Below, in pieces: positions 41,578-52,379 of a stretch of DNA of 64,000 bases; position 1 is the first letter of the stretch; each line of letters begins with the position of its first letter. The DNA lies in contig OY729428.2 of the NCBI GenBank assembly GCA_963422375.2, positions 32,001 to 96,000 on the forward strand, read 5' to 3'. The position numbers were made by a program, and so were the translations under genes. The notes under the pieces are model-generated. The model made no database searches, had not been told where the DNA came from, and was given only the letters and a program-made list of their open reading frames with translations. This stretch comes from Bryobacterales bacterium (GTDB taxonomy: Bacteria; Acidobacteriota; Terriglobia; Bryobacterales; UBA6623).

Positions 41578-42067
41578 ATGCAGCTGACGTCGCAAGAGGA
41601 ATACGGCCTGCGGTGCCTGCTGCGGCTGGCCGAGGCGGGCCCGGGCGAGATTCTGAGCATCCACGAGATCGCCCGGGCGGAGGGCATCTCGATGCCGCAC
41701 GCGGCCAAGCTGCTGCGCATCCTGCGCGAGGGCGGCCTGGTGACCAGCGAGCGAGGGCAGGCGGGCGGCTACCACCTGACCCGGCCGGCCGGCGCTATCA
41801 GCGTCAAGCAGGCGATCCAGGTGCTGGGGGGCGACCTGTACGGGCGCGAGTTCTGCGGGCGCTTCGCGGGCAACGAAGACCATTGCATGCGCTCGACGGA
41901 CTGCTCGATCCGCTCGCTCTGGAAAACGATCCAGACGGCGGTGGACCGGCTGCTGGGCCGCACGACGCTGAGCGACCTGATGTGCCGGGAGCACGAGATG
42001 GACCGCTTCGCCGGCAATCTCGTGGTGCTGGAGGACGCATCCGAGGCCCGGCCGGCGGGAGCGAACC

Positions 42068-42075
<8 letters not shown>
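41578..42075 (+). CDS. Rrf2 family transcriptional regulator of the SUF operon
   Basis: EEYGLRCL, LVTSERGQAGGY, C-terminal Cys triad (FC..HC..DCSIRSLW). Confidence 0.9.
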
Positions 42076-43136
<1,061 letters not shown>

Positions 43137-43147
<11 letters not shown>

Positions 43148-43889
43148 TTCCGGCAGCCGCTAGCGGCTGCCCGGCCCCGGACTCGGCCACAAGCTGCGAC
43201 GCGCGCAGCAGGCCGTCCACGGTGCCGGCGTCGGTCCACCAGCCGTCGAGCACGTCCCAAGTCATCGCGCTTTCGAGGATGTACTGGTTGTTCACGTCGG
43301 TGATCTCGAGCTCGCCGCGGGCGGACCGCTCGAGCCGGTCGATCTTGTCGAAGACCGTGCCGTCGAACATGTAGATGCCGGTCACGGCGTAGCGGGACGG
43401 CGGGACCCGCGGCTTCTCCTCGATGGACGCGAGCCGGCCGTTAGAGAAGCGGGGCACGCCGAAGCGCCCCGGGTCGGGAACCTCTTTGAGCAGGATCTTG
43501 GCGCCGCGCTCCTGGGCCCGGAAGGCCTCGACCGCGCCGGCGACGCTGCCCTGGATGATGTTGTCGCCCAGCATGACGCAGAGCCGCTCGCCCCGCGAGA
43601 AGTGGCGCGCCAGTTCCAGCGCCTCGGCGATGCCGCCCTCGCCTTCCTGGTAGGTGTAGTCGAGGTGCTTCAAGCCGAATTCCCGGCCGTTGCCAAGCAG
43701 CCGCAGGAAATCGCCCGCGTTGCGGCCGCCCGTGACGATCAGGATGTCCTCGATCCCCGCTCTGACAAGCGTCCGGATCGGGTAGTAGATCATCGGCTTG
43801 TCGTAGACCGGCAGCAGGTGCTTGTTGATGATCCGGGTAATCGGATCCAAGCGGCTTCCCAAGCCTCCCGCTAGGACTACGCCGCGCAC
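43137..43889 (-). CDS. Glucose-1-phosphate thymidylyltransferase, short form (RmlA/SpsI-like)
   Basis: GVVLAGGLGSRL..NKHLLPVYDKPMIYYP, EEKP, SARGELEITD, WTDAGT. GTG start at 43889. Confidence 0.9.
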
Positions 43890-43936
43890 CAAGTGTTGAT
43901 TGTAAGCTTGCGCGAGCCCCGGTCGCTCCGAGCCGT

Positions 43937-45274
43937 TCAGGCGTGCTTGACGAAGAATTCGCGCATTCTCGCGCGCAGCAGGCCCACGGACCCGAGCACG
44001 GCAACCAGGTTCGGAATCGCCATCAGCGCGTTCATGGTGTCCGAGACCGCCCAGATCGCCTCCAAGCCGCCGACGGCGCCCACGTAGACCGCAGCGACCC
44101 AAGCCAGGCGGTAGGGCGTCGCGACATCCTTGCCGAAGAGGTACGTGATGCCGGTCTCTCCGTAGAACGCCCAGCCGATGATGGTCGAGAATCCGAAGAG
44201 CGCCAGAGCAACCGTCACGACATGGCCGCCCCACTCGCCCGGAAGGCCCTGCGAGAAGGCCATGCTGGTGAGCTCCGCCCCGGTCCTGCCGGACGACCAC
44301 ACGCCGGTAGAGAGCACGGTAAGCGAGGTAATCGTGCAAACCACGAGGGTGTCGACGAACACGCCGAATATGCCGTAGCAGGCCTGCCGCACGGGATGGT
44401 CGGTCACAGCCGCGGCATGGACGATCGGCGCGCTGCCGAGCCCGGCCTCGTTCGAGAAGAGCCCGCGCGCGATGCCCGTCCGCATCGCGCCGCGGACCGA
44501 CGCGCCTGCGAAGCCCCCTAGCGCCGCATGCCCGGTCAGCGCGGACCGCAGGATCAGCTCGACCGCGGACGGCAGCTGGCCGATATGCATAGCCAGGACG
44601 ACCAGGGCGCAGGAGAGGTAGATGACGCACATCGCGGGAACCAGGACCGCCGCCACCTCGGCGATGCGTCGAATGCCGCCGAGCACCACCAGAGCCGTCA
44701 CCCCGGCCAAGACAAGTCCGGACGCCCACTCGGGAATCCCGTAGGAGGAGCGCATGCCCGTGGCCACGGTGTTCGCTTGCGTCATGTTGCCGATGCCGAA
44801 CGCGGCAAGGGCGCAGAAGGCCGCGAAAAGGACTCCGAGCCACTTCATGCCGAAGCGCTGCGACAGGACGTACATCGCCCCGCCGCGCATGACGCCGCCG
44901 CGCTCCTGTCGGCACTCGAGCGCCACCTCGATCTCCGAGAACTTGGTGGCCATGCCGACCACGCCGGTGGCCACCATCCAGAAGGCCGCGCCCGGCCCTC
45001 CCGCGGCAATCGCGATCGAGACGCCGGCGATGTTGCCCACCCCGACGGTCGCGGACAGGGACGTCGCGAGGGCCTGAAAGGGCGACACCGTGCCTTCCCC
45101 GCCGGATCTCCCGGAGCCTCGGAGCACCTGCGTTGCGGCGAAGAGGAACCGGCGGAACTGGACGCCCCCGGTAGCGAGGGTCAGGAACACGCCCGTGCCG
45201 ACGAGCAGGAGCATCATCGCCGGGCCCCATACGATGGAGTTGACGGTACTATTGAGTTCAAGCAGCCAGTCCAT
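43937..45274 (-). CDS. Alanine/glycine:cation symporter (AGCS family)
   Basis: SPFQAL..TVGVGNIAGV..GGPGAAFWM, RGLFSNEAGLGSAP, FVDTLVVC, NALMAIPNL. Confidence 0.93.
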   Translation of the reverse strand: MDWLLELNSTVNSIVWGPAMMLLLVGTGVFLTLATGGVQFRRFLFAATQVLRGSGRSGGEGTVSPFQALATSLSATVGVGNIAGVSIAIAAGGPGAAFWMVATGVVGMATKFSEIEVALECRQERGGVMRGGAMYVLSQRFGMKWLGVLFAAFCALAAFGIGNMTQANTVATGMRSSYGIPEWASGLVLAGVTALVVLGGIRRIAEVAAVLVPAMCVIYLSCALVVLAMHIGQLPSAVELILRSALTGHAALGGFAGASVRGAMRTGIARGLFSNEAGLGSAPIVHAAAVTDHPVRQACYGIFGVFVDTLVVCTITSLTVLSTGVWSSGRTGAELTSMAFSQGLPGEWGGHVVTVALALFGFSTIIGWAFYGETGITYLFGKDVATPYRLAWVAAVYVGAVGGLEAIWAVSDTMNALMAIPNLVAVLGSVGLLRARMREFFVKHA

Positions 45275-45354
45275 ACGATGTCCGCGCGAACGTCCATTCT
45301 ACTGCCCCCGCCGGCCGCCCCGAGCCGGCCGCGTCCGCGACGAGAGCGTCGGCG

Positions 45355-46632
45355 ATGAGAGTGCAGCTTGCGTTCGACCGGGCCGGGGCCACCGTGGACG
45401 TGCCCGACCGCCTGGACGCGCAGGTCCTGCGGCCTCGCTTCGCCGAGGGCCTGCCCGACGAGGACGCGGCGCTGGAGGCGGCCATCGCCGGCCCGATCAG
45501 TTCTCCTGGCCTGCGCGAGATGGCCCGCGGCAAGCGCAGCGCGGCCATCGCGGTCTGCGACATCACGAGGCCGGCGCCGAACAAGACCGTCCTGCCCCAC
45601 GTAATCCGCGCCTTGGAGGCGGGGGGCGTGCCTCCGGGCGAGATCACGATCCTAATCGCGACCGGGCTGCACCGCGAGGCGACGGCGGCGGAGCTGTACG
45701 AGATTCTGGGAGCGGAGGTTCTCGCGCGGCACCCCGTGCATTCTCATCGGGCCAGGGAAATCGAGGAGCAGGCGTTCCTAGGGGAGACCTCGGGCGGCAC
45801 GCAGGCCTTCGTGGACGAGCGGTTCGTGGAGGCGGACCTGCATGTCACGCTGGGGTTCATCGAGCCTCACCTGATGGCGGGCTTCTCCGGCGGCCGCAAG
45901 CTGATCTCGATCGGCCTGGCCGGCGAGCGCACGATCAAGCGGCTGCACAGCCCGCTGTACATGCGCGACCCGAAGGCTAGCGAGGGGGCTTTCCCGGACA
46001 ATCCCCTGCATCGCGAGCTGCTCGAGATCGCGGCGATGTCCGGTCACGACTTCATGGTGGACGTGGCCCTGACGGATTCCAGGGCCATCGCGGCGGTTTT
46101 CGCCGGCGAGCCGGTCGCCGCTCACGCCAGGGGCGTGGAATTCGTCCGGCAATCGACCGCCGCCCGAGTCGGCGAGCCCGCGGAGGCAGTGATCACCACT
46201 TCCGGCGGATACCCGTTGGATCTGACCTTCTACCAAGCGGTCAAGGGACTCACCGCAGCCTCGCACATCGTGCGGGACGGCGGCGAGATTCTCCTGGCAG
46301 CGGCCTGCTCCGAGGGCCTTGGCGGCCCGGAGTTCAGCGACCTCGTGCGAGGGTCGGACGATTCGGCGCAGTTGCTGGACGCGCTCGAGCGCCGTGCGGT
46401 GCAGGTCGACCAGTGGCAGGCCGAGAAGCTGGCGATGGTCGCGCAGAGAGCTAGGCTGTCTTTCTGCGTTCCGGGCCTTGCCCCAGTCGACCGGTCCAAG
46501 CTGTGGGGCCCGGCTCACGCCGACCCGCAGGACGCGGTGGACGGCCTGGTCGACCGCCTTCCCGACGGAGCCCGCGTCGTGGTCATCCCGGAAGGACCTT
46601 ACGTGTTCTCGCAGCTGGCAGCCGGCGCCTAG
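45355..46632 (+). CDS. LarA-superfamily nickel-pincer-dependent alpha-hydroxyacid racemase/epimerase
   Basis: DITRP, IATGLHR, IEPHLMAGFSGGRK, GGYPLDLTFYQAVKG, VIPEGPY. Confidence 0.88.
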   Translation: MRVQLAFDRAGATVDVPDRLDAQVLRPRFAEGLPDEDAALEAAIAGPISSPGLREMARGKRSAAIAVCDITRPAPNKTVLPHVIRALEAGGVPPGEITILIATGLHREATAAELYEILGAEVLARHPVHSHRAREIEEQAFLGETSGGTQAFVDERFVEADLHVTLGFIEPHLMAGFSGGRKLISIGLAGERTIKRLHSPLYMRDPKASEGAFPDNPLHRELLEIAAMSGHDFMVDVALTDSRAIAAVFAGEPVAAHARGVEFVRQSTAARVGEPAEAVITTSGGYPLDLTFYQAVKGLTAASHIVRDGGEILLAAACSEGLGGPEFSDLVRGSDDSAQLLDALERRAVQVDQWQAEKLAMVAQRARLSFCVPGLAPVDRSKLWGPAHADPQDAVDGLVDRLPDGARVVVIPEGPYVFSQLAAGA

Positions 46633-46779
46633 CGCCTGACCCGGAGCAGCATCCGACCGTCTTGGCTCTGACTCGGCTGTCGTCCGAGCCGCCGTTGAAG
46701 CGACGGCAGGCGAAGGTCCTCTCTCGCCGGACGTCGGAAGTTCCCGCGAATTCGGGTGCGGCCGGGCATCCGGAAAGGA

Positions 46780-47400
46780 GACTCAGTAATTGCAAGCAAG
46801 TGCATTTAGGACCCAATCAATTCTTGATATGGATATGAAACTAACGCCGCTACGAGTCAAGTGGATGTGTTCTTTGTGGCGGAATCACGGGTAGAATTAG
46901 TGAGAGATTCACGAGAAACAATGTTCTAGAAAATATGATCATTTCAAGAACCTTGGCGGTTGAATCAGCGAGTCTAGAATCCTTGGACTCACGGTCCCAC
47001 TAACACAGGTCGCTTGACTCGTTGGTAACTGAAGAGCGGTGGTAATGCTGATTGGAATTTCATGAGCGCTGGATTTTCCCTTTCGTATTGTCGGCGCACA
47101 AGTGATTCAGCAAGTAAAATGATCTAGGACAGAGAAATATTGACCACAACGAGTTTCATTTTTCCAATAATATCTCTAGGAAAAATCAATATTTCCAAAT
47201 CTGACGAATCGAAGAATTTCTGGGCTGATCAACCCTTGGAATCAGTGCTCTTGAGATCATCCTTCACCAACCACATTCCCCTCAATTCACAACGATCCTC
47301 CCGTTGAGAAAACGCATCTGCGGCTCATTTCGCATTTCGCGCATTCGGACCGACGTCGAGCAAGGCGTGTCGTGCCGATTCAACATTCATCCGTCAAGCA
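46780..47400. other. AT-rich non-coding islet near the 3' side of tRNA-Ala
   Basis: Abrupt drop to roughly 40% GC by eye. No ORF of 60 aa or more in any frame from about 46840 to 47400. Confidence 0.7.
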
Positions 47401-47906
47401 TAGCCTGAATGCCCGCGCTCGCGATGCATTGCGACCAACCGAACGCCCGATTCCGACTGTTCATGGCGCTCTCGCTTGAAATGCCCATTGCAAGCCGCCT
47501 AGGCGGGCCTGGCAAGGGGCTGGAAGGTGTGTGCGGAGTGCCCGGATTGACCGATCCGGCGCGTCTGCGTCCCCAAGAGCCGCGGACACGAATCGCCCCT
47601 GCCGGTGGGGATGGCGCCTGGCGGCCACGCGCAGACGAGAGGGGTAGCAGACTGCGGCCGGACGTCTCGGAATGCGCGGCTTGCGAAGCGAGATGCGAGT
47701 TGCTTCAATCCACTGGGCCAGCGCTTGTCGCCTGGGCGCGGCAGCGCACGCCCGGGCACCCGTCGCCGTGGCGGCATGCACGCACCCGTGCGCCGAGCGG
47801 GAACTCCGCTGCGCCCCTCAGCAAGCTGCGGCACGGTACTCGCGACGCCTGATGGGGCTTCAGCGTCTCGCGACCTGATCGGATGCGGGGGCTAGGACCA
47901 AGGGCG

Positions 47907-47982
<76 letters not shown>

Positions 47983-48164
47983 AAGCCTACCCGAATCATA
48001 GCATGGCAGCGATTCGTCCGCGAGCGAGCAGCGGGCAGCCGCCATGCGGATGCGCGCAGGTCGACAGGGCCCCTCATGGTATCGTGACCGTACCGGCGGC
48101 CAGCCCTGCGGCCAGCCCGCCGTCCTCTCCCGGGGGCCCGCTAGCAGACGCGACAGGAACCACC

Positions 48165-49439
48165 ATGAACCGACGTAGATTCATCGGCGCAGCCGCCGGA
48201 GCCGGCCTCGCAGCGGCCCAGAACCGACCCGTCGCGCCGAGCGACAGGGTGAATATCGGAATGATCGGCGTCGGCGGCCGCGGCAGGGGCCTGCTGAGGA
48301 CCTTCGCCAGTCTCCCCGACGTGAACGTCCCCTATCTGTGCGACGCGGATCAAGCCTCTCTGGAGCGGGCCGCTCGGGTTCTGGAAGAGGCGGGCAAGCC
48401 CGTCGCCCGGACCACCAGCGACATGCGACAGCTTTTCGACGCCAAGGGCGTGGACGCGGTCGTCGTGGCGACGCCGGACCACTGGCACGCCCCGGCTACG
48501 ATCCTCGCCTGCGACGCGGGCAAGGACGTCTACGTCGAGAAGCCCGCCTCGCACAACATCCGGGAAGGGCGCCTGATGGTCGACGCGGCTAGGAGGAACG
48601 CCCGCATCGTGCAGGTCGGGACCCAGGCCCGGAGCCGCCCTTCCAGCATCAAGGGGATCCAGATCGCCAAGTCCGGCGACCTGGGCGAGATCCTCATGGC
48701 CAAGGCTTGGAACGTGCAGCTGCGCGACGACATCGGGCACAGGGAGAACAGCCCCGTTCCGGCGGGCGTGGACTACGACACCTGGCTCGGCCCGTCCCCG
48801 TGGATCCCGTTCAACGAGAACCGCTTCCATTACAAGTGGCACTGGCACTGGCACTTCGGAACGGGCGACGCCGGCAACGACGGAGCGCACCAGATCGACA
48901 TCGCCCGGTGGGCCTTGGGCGAGGACTACCCGCTGACGGCGAACGGGATGGGCGGTAAGGTGTTCTTCGACGACGACCAGCAGACGCCCGACACCATGAA
49001 CGTCACGTTCCGTTACGGGAGAAAGGCGCTTATCTGGGAGATGCGCATCTGGAACCCCTACGGCATGGACGGGCAGGAAAACGGCGTCGCGGTCTACGGC
49101 ACCGACGCCTCCGTCCAGATTGGACGCTGGAACCGCCGCTGGGGCTACAAGCTATTCGACAATAAAGGCGTGCTGGTGGAGCACAACGACGCCGACGACG
49201 AGGGCGACAGCCACATGCGCAACTTCGTCGATTGCGTGCGCAGCCGCGAGCTGCCGAACGCCGACATCTCGATAGGGCATCTGTCCGCCATGCACTGCCA
49301 CCTAGCGAACATCGTCTCGCGCACCGGGCGCAACCTCCGGCTCGACCAGGAGACGGAGACGATCGTGGGGGATCCCCATGCGAACCTCTACGTGACAAGG
49401 ACCTACCGCACGCACTGGAGCACACCGAGAGGCGCCTAG
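48165..49439 (+). CDS. Gfo/Idh/MocA oxidoreductase with Tat signal
   Basis: MNRRRFI, IGVGGRG, ATPDHWH, DVYVEKP, GAHQID. Confidence 0.92.
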   Translation: MNRRRFIGAAAGAGLAAAQNRPVAPSDRVNIGMIGVGGRGRGLLRTFASLPDVNVPYLCDADQASLERAARVLEEAGKPVARTTSDMRQLFDAKGVDAVVVATPDHWHAPATILACDAGKDVYVEKPASHNIREGRLMVDAARRNARIVQVGTQARSRPSSIKGIQIAKSGDLGEILMAKAWNVQLRDDIGHRENSPVPAGVDYDTWLGPSPWIPFNENRFHYKWHWHWHFGTGDAGNDGAHQIDIARWALGEDYPLTANGMGGKVFFDDDQQTPDTMNVTFRYGRKALIWEMRIWNPYGMDGQENGVAVYGTDASVQIGRWNRRWGYKLFDNKGVLVEHNDADDEGDSHMRNFVDCVRSRELPNADISIGHLSAMHCHLANIVSRTGRNLRLDQETETIVGDPHANLYVTRTYRTHWSTPRGA

Positions 49440-49625
49440 CAGCGAGCGGCGCCGGCCACACATGCAATCAGAACCCGACCCAGACCCAGACAGTTGGCAG
49501 CCCCCGAGTCTCGCCGCGGACATCCGCCCTTCCCCGGCTAGCGCTTCGCGACGCGAGGCGGCCTGTTCCCCCCGTGGGATCCGCCGCTCCGCCGCAATGC
49601 CGTGCAATGCGGAGAGGGAGCGGCA

Positions 49626-50849
49626 ATGACGCTGCTGATCGTCGTCGCGGCACTGACAGTCGTCATCTCGGGAATCTGCTCCCTGTTCGAGGCGACGCTC
49701 TACTCGGCGCGCATCGGCGCGCTGGAGGCCGAGAAGGCGAGCGGCAAGCGCAAGGCCCTGGCGGCGCGGCTGATCGAAATGAAGACGCGCATTGCCCGAC
49801 CGACCTCCGCAATCCTAGTCCTCAACACCATCGCCAACACGGCGGGCGCCACGATCTGCGGGATGCTTGCCGCGTCGCTCCTCGGCCCGCAGTGGGTGCT
49901 CGGGTTCACCTGCCTGCTAACCGTCATGATCCTGTTCTTCGGAGAGATCCTGCCCAAGACATTCGGAGCCACGCACTGGCGGAGCGTCTGGCACGTCATC
50001 GTTTGGCCGCTTACCGTCATGCAAAAGGGCCTGGCCCCTGCGGTCCGAATTACCCAGTGGTTCGCGAGCCTGTTCAGTTCCAGCCAGAACCAGCCGGAGG
50101 TCACGGAAGACGAAATCCAAGCGACCATCGAATTGGGGCGCCGGCAAGGCGAGCTCTCGGCCTCGGAAATGCAGCTTCTCAGCGCCGTGTTCCGTTTCGA
50201 CGACATATTGGCGCGCCAAGTCATGGTGCCCCGACGCGACGTCGTGTACCTCAAGGCGGAGTGGTCGCTGGAAGAGGGATTGGAGGTCGCGAATCGCTCA
50301 CGTCACACCCGCTTTCCGCTATGCGAGGAATCGCTTGACTCCGTGGTCGGCTTGGTGCATATCAAGGATCTGGTAGGCATCGCCTCGAACGAGAACATCG
50401 ATCTACGGTCGGTTAGCCGGGAGCTGCGCCATATCCCCGAAACCCTGCCGATCAGCCAGCTCCTGCGTGAAATGCAGAGCACCCACCAGCACATGGTCTT
50501 GGTCAACGACGAATACGGGGCAGTGGTCGGCATCGTCACCATGGAGAACGTCGTCGAGCAGATCGTCGGCGCCGTCCAGGACGAGTTCGATTCCGAGTCC
50601 CCGGAAATCGAGCGGGAAGGAGAGGGTATCTTCAAGGTCAGCGGCCAGCTGCCGCTCGAGCGGGTCAACCGTGAGCTGGGCCTTGGCATGGAGTCCCACG
50701 AGGTGGATTCCCTGTCGGGCTTCCTCGTCAGCCAGCTCAACCGACTCGTGCGGTTGGGCGACACCGTCTCGCTGGACGGCGCTATGGCGGAGGTCGTCGA
50801 GGAGGAGGGCGGGCGTGCCATTCAAGTCAGGATTCACATCCAGCAGTGA
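49626..50849 (+). CDS. Hemolysin/CNNM (DUF21-CBS-CorC) family protein
   Basis: CSLFEA, GEILPK, VMVPR, HTRFP, VNDEYG..GIVTMENVVEQIVG..DEFD. Confidence 0.9.
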   Translation: MTLLIVVAALTVVISGICSLFEATLYSARIGALEAEKASGKRKALAARLIEMKTRIARPTSAILVLNTIANTAGATICGMLAASLLGPQWVLGFTCLLTVMILFFGEILPKTFGATHWRSVWHVIVWPLTVMQKGLAPAVRITQWFASLFSSSQNQPEVTEDEIQATIELGRRQGELSASEMQLLSAVFRFDDILARQVMVPRRDVVYLKAEWSLEEGLEVANRSRHTRFPLCEESLDSVVGLVHIKDLVGIASNENIDLRSVSRELRHIPETLPISQLLREMQSTHQHMVLVNDEYGAVVGIVTMENVVEQIVGAVQDEFDSESPEIEREGEGIFKVSGQLPLERVNRELGLGMESHEVDSLSGFLVSQLNRLVRLGDTVSLDGAMAEVVEEEGGRAIQVRIHIQQ

Positions 50850-50915
50850 TTCCGACTCTCTCGGGGGCGCTCCGTGGAGGTGTAACGCCGACCCACGCGG
50901 AGTTGCCGGCGCCGC

Positions 50916-51938
50916 CTAGAACTTCACGCCCACGCCGCTGACCAGTCCGTAGTCGTTCCTCTCGATACCACGGGCCGGTTCGGTATGGTACCGGTCGAAG
51001 AGCCGCAGAGAATAGGTGAACCGGCCGGCGATGGGCACCCGCAGGCCGCTGTCTAACTCTGCCCGGACGTTGCTGCGGTCCAACAGGTCCGGGTGGACTG
51101 TCAGATGCGTGGACAGCTTGACCCCGCGGTACAGGGTCGTGTCCCATTCGATTCCGAGGAAGCTCTCCCAGGTAGCCCGTGACGATTCACGGCGAAATAG
51201 CTCGCTGACGTAGGCGAAACCTCCCAGCACGGAGAATTGCGTGCGTCTGCTGCGCCGGATCCTCCAGCCGAGGCCGCCGCCTAGGCGTGAACGCAGGTCC
51301 AGGCTGCGACGCTCGTTCCGCTCGAATCCCGCAAGGCCGTAGGTGAAGGTCCTAGCATTGACAAAGCGCTCCATACGGGCGTTGAGCGCGTGACGGCTCT
51401 GGGAACGGGCTCCGTCCTGGCGGGCGAATAGCGAGTCTAGGCGGCCGGACAGCTTGTACTGCGCCGACTCGTACGCCGCCCGGGCTCCGAGAGCGGATTG
51501 CATCTGGTTCTGGTTGCCGCGCGCCAGGCTGTACCCGATGTCGGCGGCCCCGTCCAGTCCGTTCAGCAAGCTGGCCATTCCGCCCCTCCCCACCCCGCGG
51601 GCCAGCCTCGCGATCTCGCGCGAATCGAGGCTGCGGACAACCTCGCCGTCCCGAGTGACCGACGTCGAACCGCCGCTCTTGGACAACGCGCCGTCAACCC
51701 GCTCGCCATCCTCGGTCAGCACGGAGAAGCTCGATTCGCTTCGAATCGACGCGACTTTCGACCAAGCAACGCGCACGGTGCCCATCAGGTCAGTGGCAAT
51801 GGTCAGGCTGCCGTTCTCCAGGCGCTGGACCGCGCCCGTGAGCCGGTCGCCGTTCACGAGGACGACGGTGTCCTTCGCGAGGAGACCTGCTTGGGAGCAC
51901 GCCGCCAGCGACACGAAGAGCAAATGGAGTCTGCGCAT
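50916..51938 (-). CDS. DUF481-type outer-membrane beta-barrel protein
   Basis: Signal peptide, DTVVLVNGDRLTG, amphipathic beta strands, C-terminal Phe. Confidence 0.8.
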   Translation of the reverse strand: MRRLHLLFVSLAACSQAGLLAKDTVVLVNGDRLTGAVQRLENGSLTIATDLMGTVRVAWSKVASIRSESSFSVLTEDGERVDGALSKSGGSTSVTRDGEVVRSLDSREIARLARGVGRGGMASLLNGLDGAADIGYSLARGNQNQMQSALGARAAYESAQYKLSGRLDSLFARQDGARSQSRHALNARMERFVNARTFTYGLAGFERNERRSLDLRSRLGGGLGWRIRRSRRTQFSVLGGFAYVSELFRRESSRATWESFLGIEWDTTLYRGVKLSTHLTVHPDLLDRSNVRAELDSGLRVPIAGRFTYSLRLFDRYHTEPARGIERNDYGLVSGVGVKF

Positions 51939-52379
51939 GGTGTTGGCTCCGGGGAGCGGTCAGACCGTCCGCCGCAAGCCTGTAACTCTCACTCTAAGGC
52001 TCTCTGGCACGCAATAGACCTGCCGTGGAGAGATACCGTCCCTTCCTCCAACGCAGTCCCTTGCCCGCCCTTGAGTCTCCGCACGGCAACACTCGGCTCA
52101 TCGACCCCTCGTTCTCGGACGACGACCCTAGGGTCAACAAACCAGCAACTTCACGTTTAGGCCACCTCAAGGTGCTCCACAGTTCGCAGGCCGGGTCCAC
52201 GTCGCGCTCACCATTCCGAGCGGAGAGGCCAGTCGCAGCCTGCACTCGGACTGGCAGTAACCACTACATTGCCTGCCTCGGTGCAAGGCTTACATTGGAG
52301 CGAAGTCACGCTTGTGCGGGGGGCGCGGCTGACCCTCCGTGAGACGCTCCGTCTCCAAGTCGACCAGTGCTCGGACCTA

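Noticed and set aside
43890..45230. 697-aa ORF fusing a long N-terminus to the thymidylyltransferase
   Set aside because: The upstream part is an alternate frame of the AGCS symporter; the real start is GTG 43889.
46780..47400. Replication origin
   Set aside because: AT-rich, but no cluster of TTATCCACA-like boxes and no dnaA/dnaN/gidA context.
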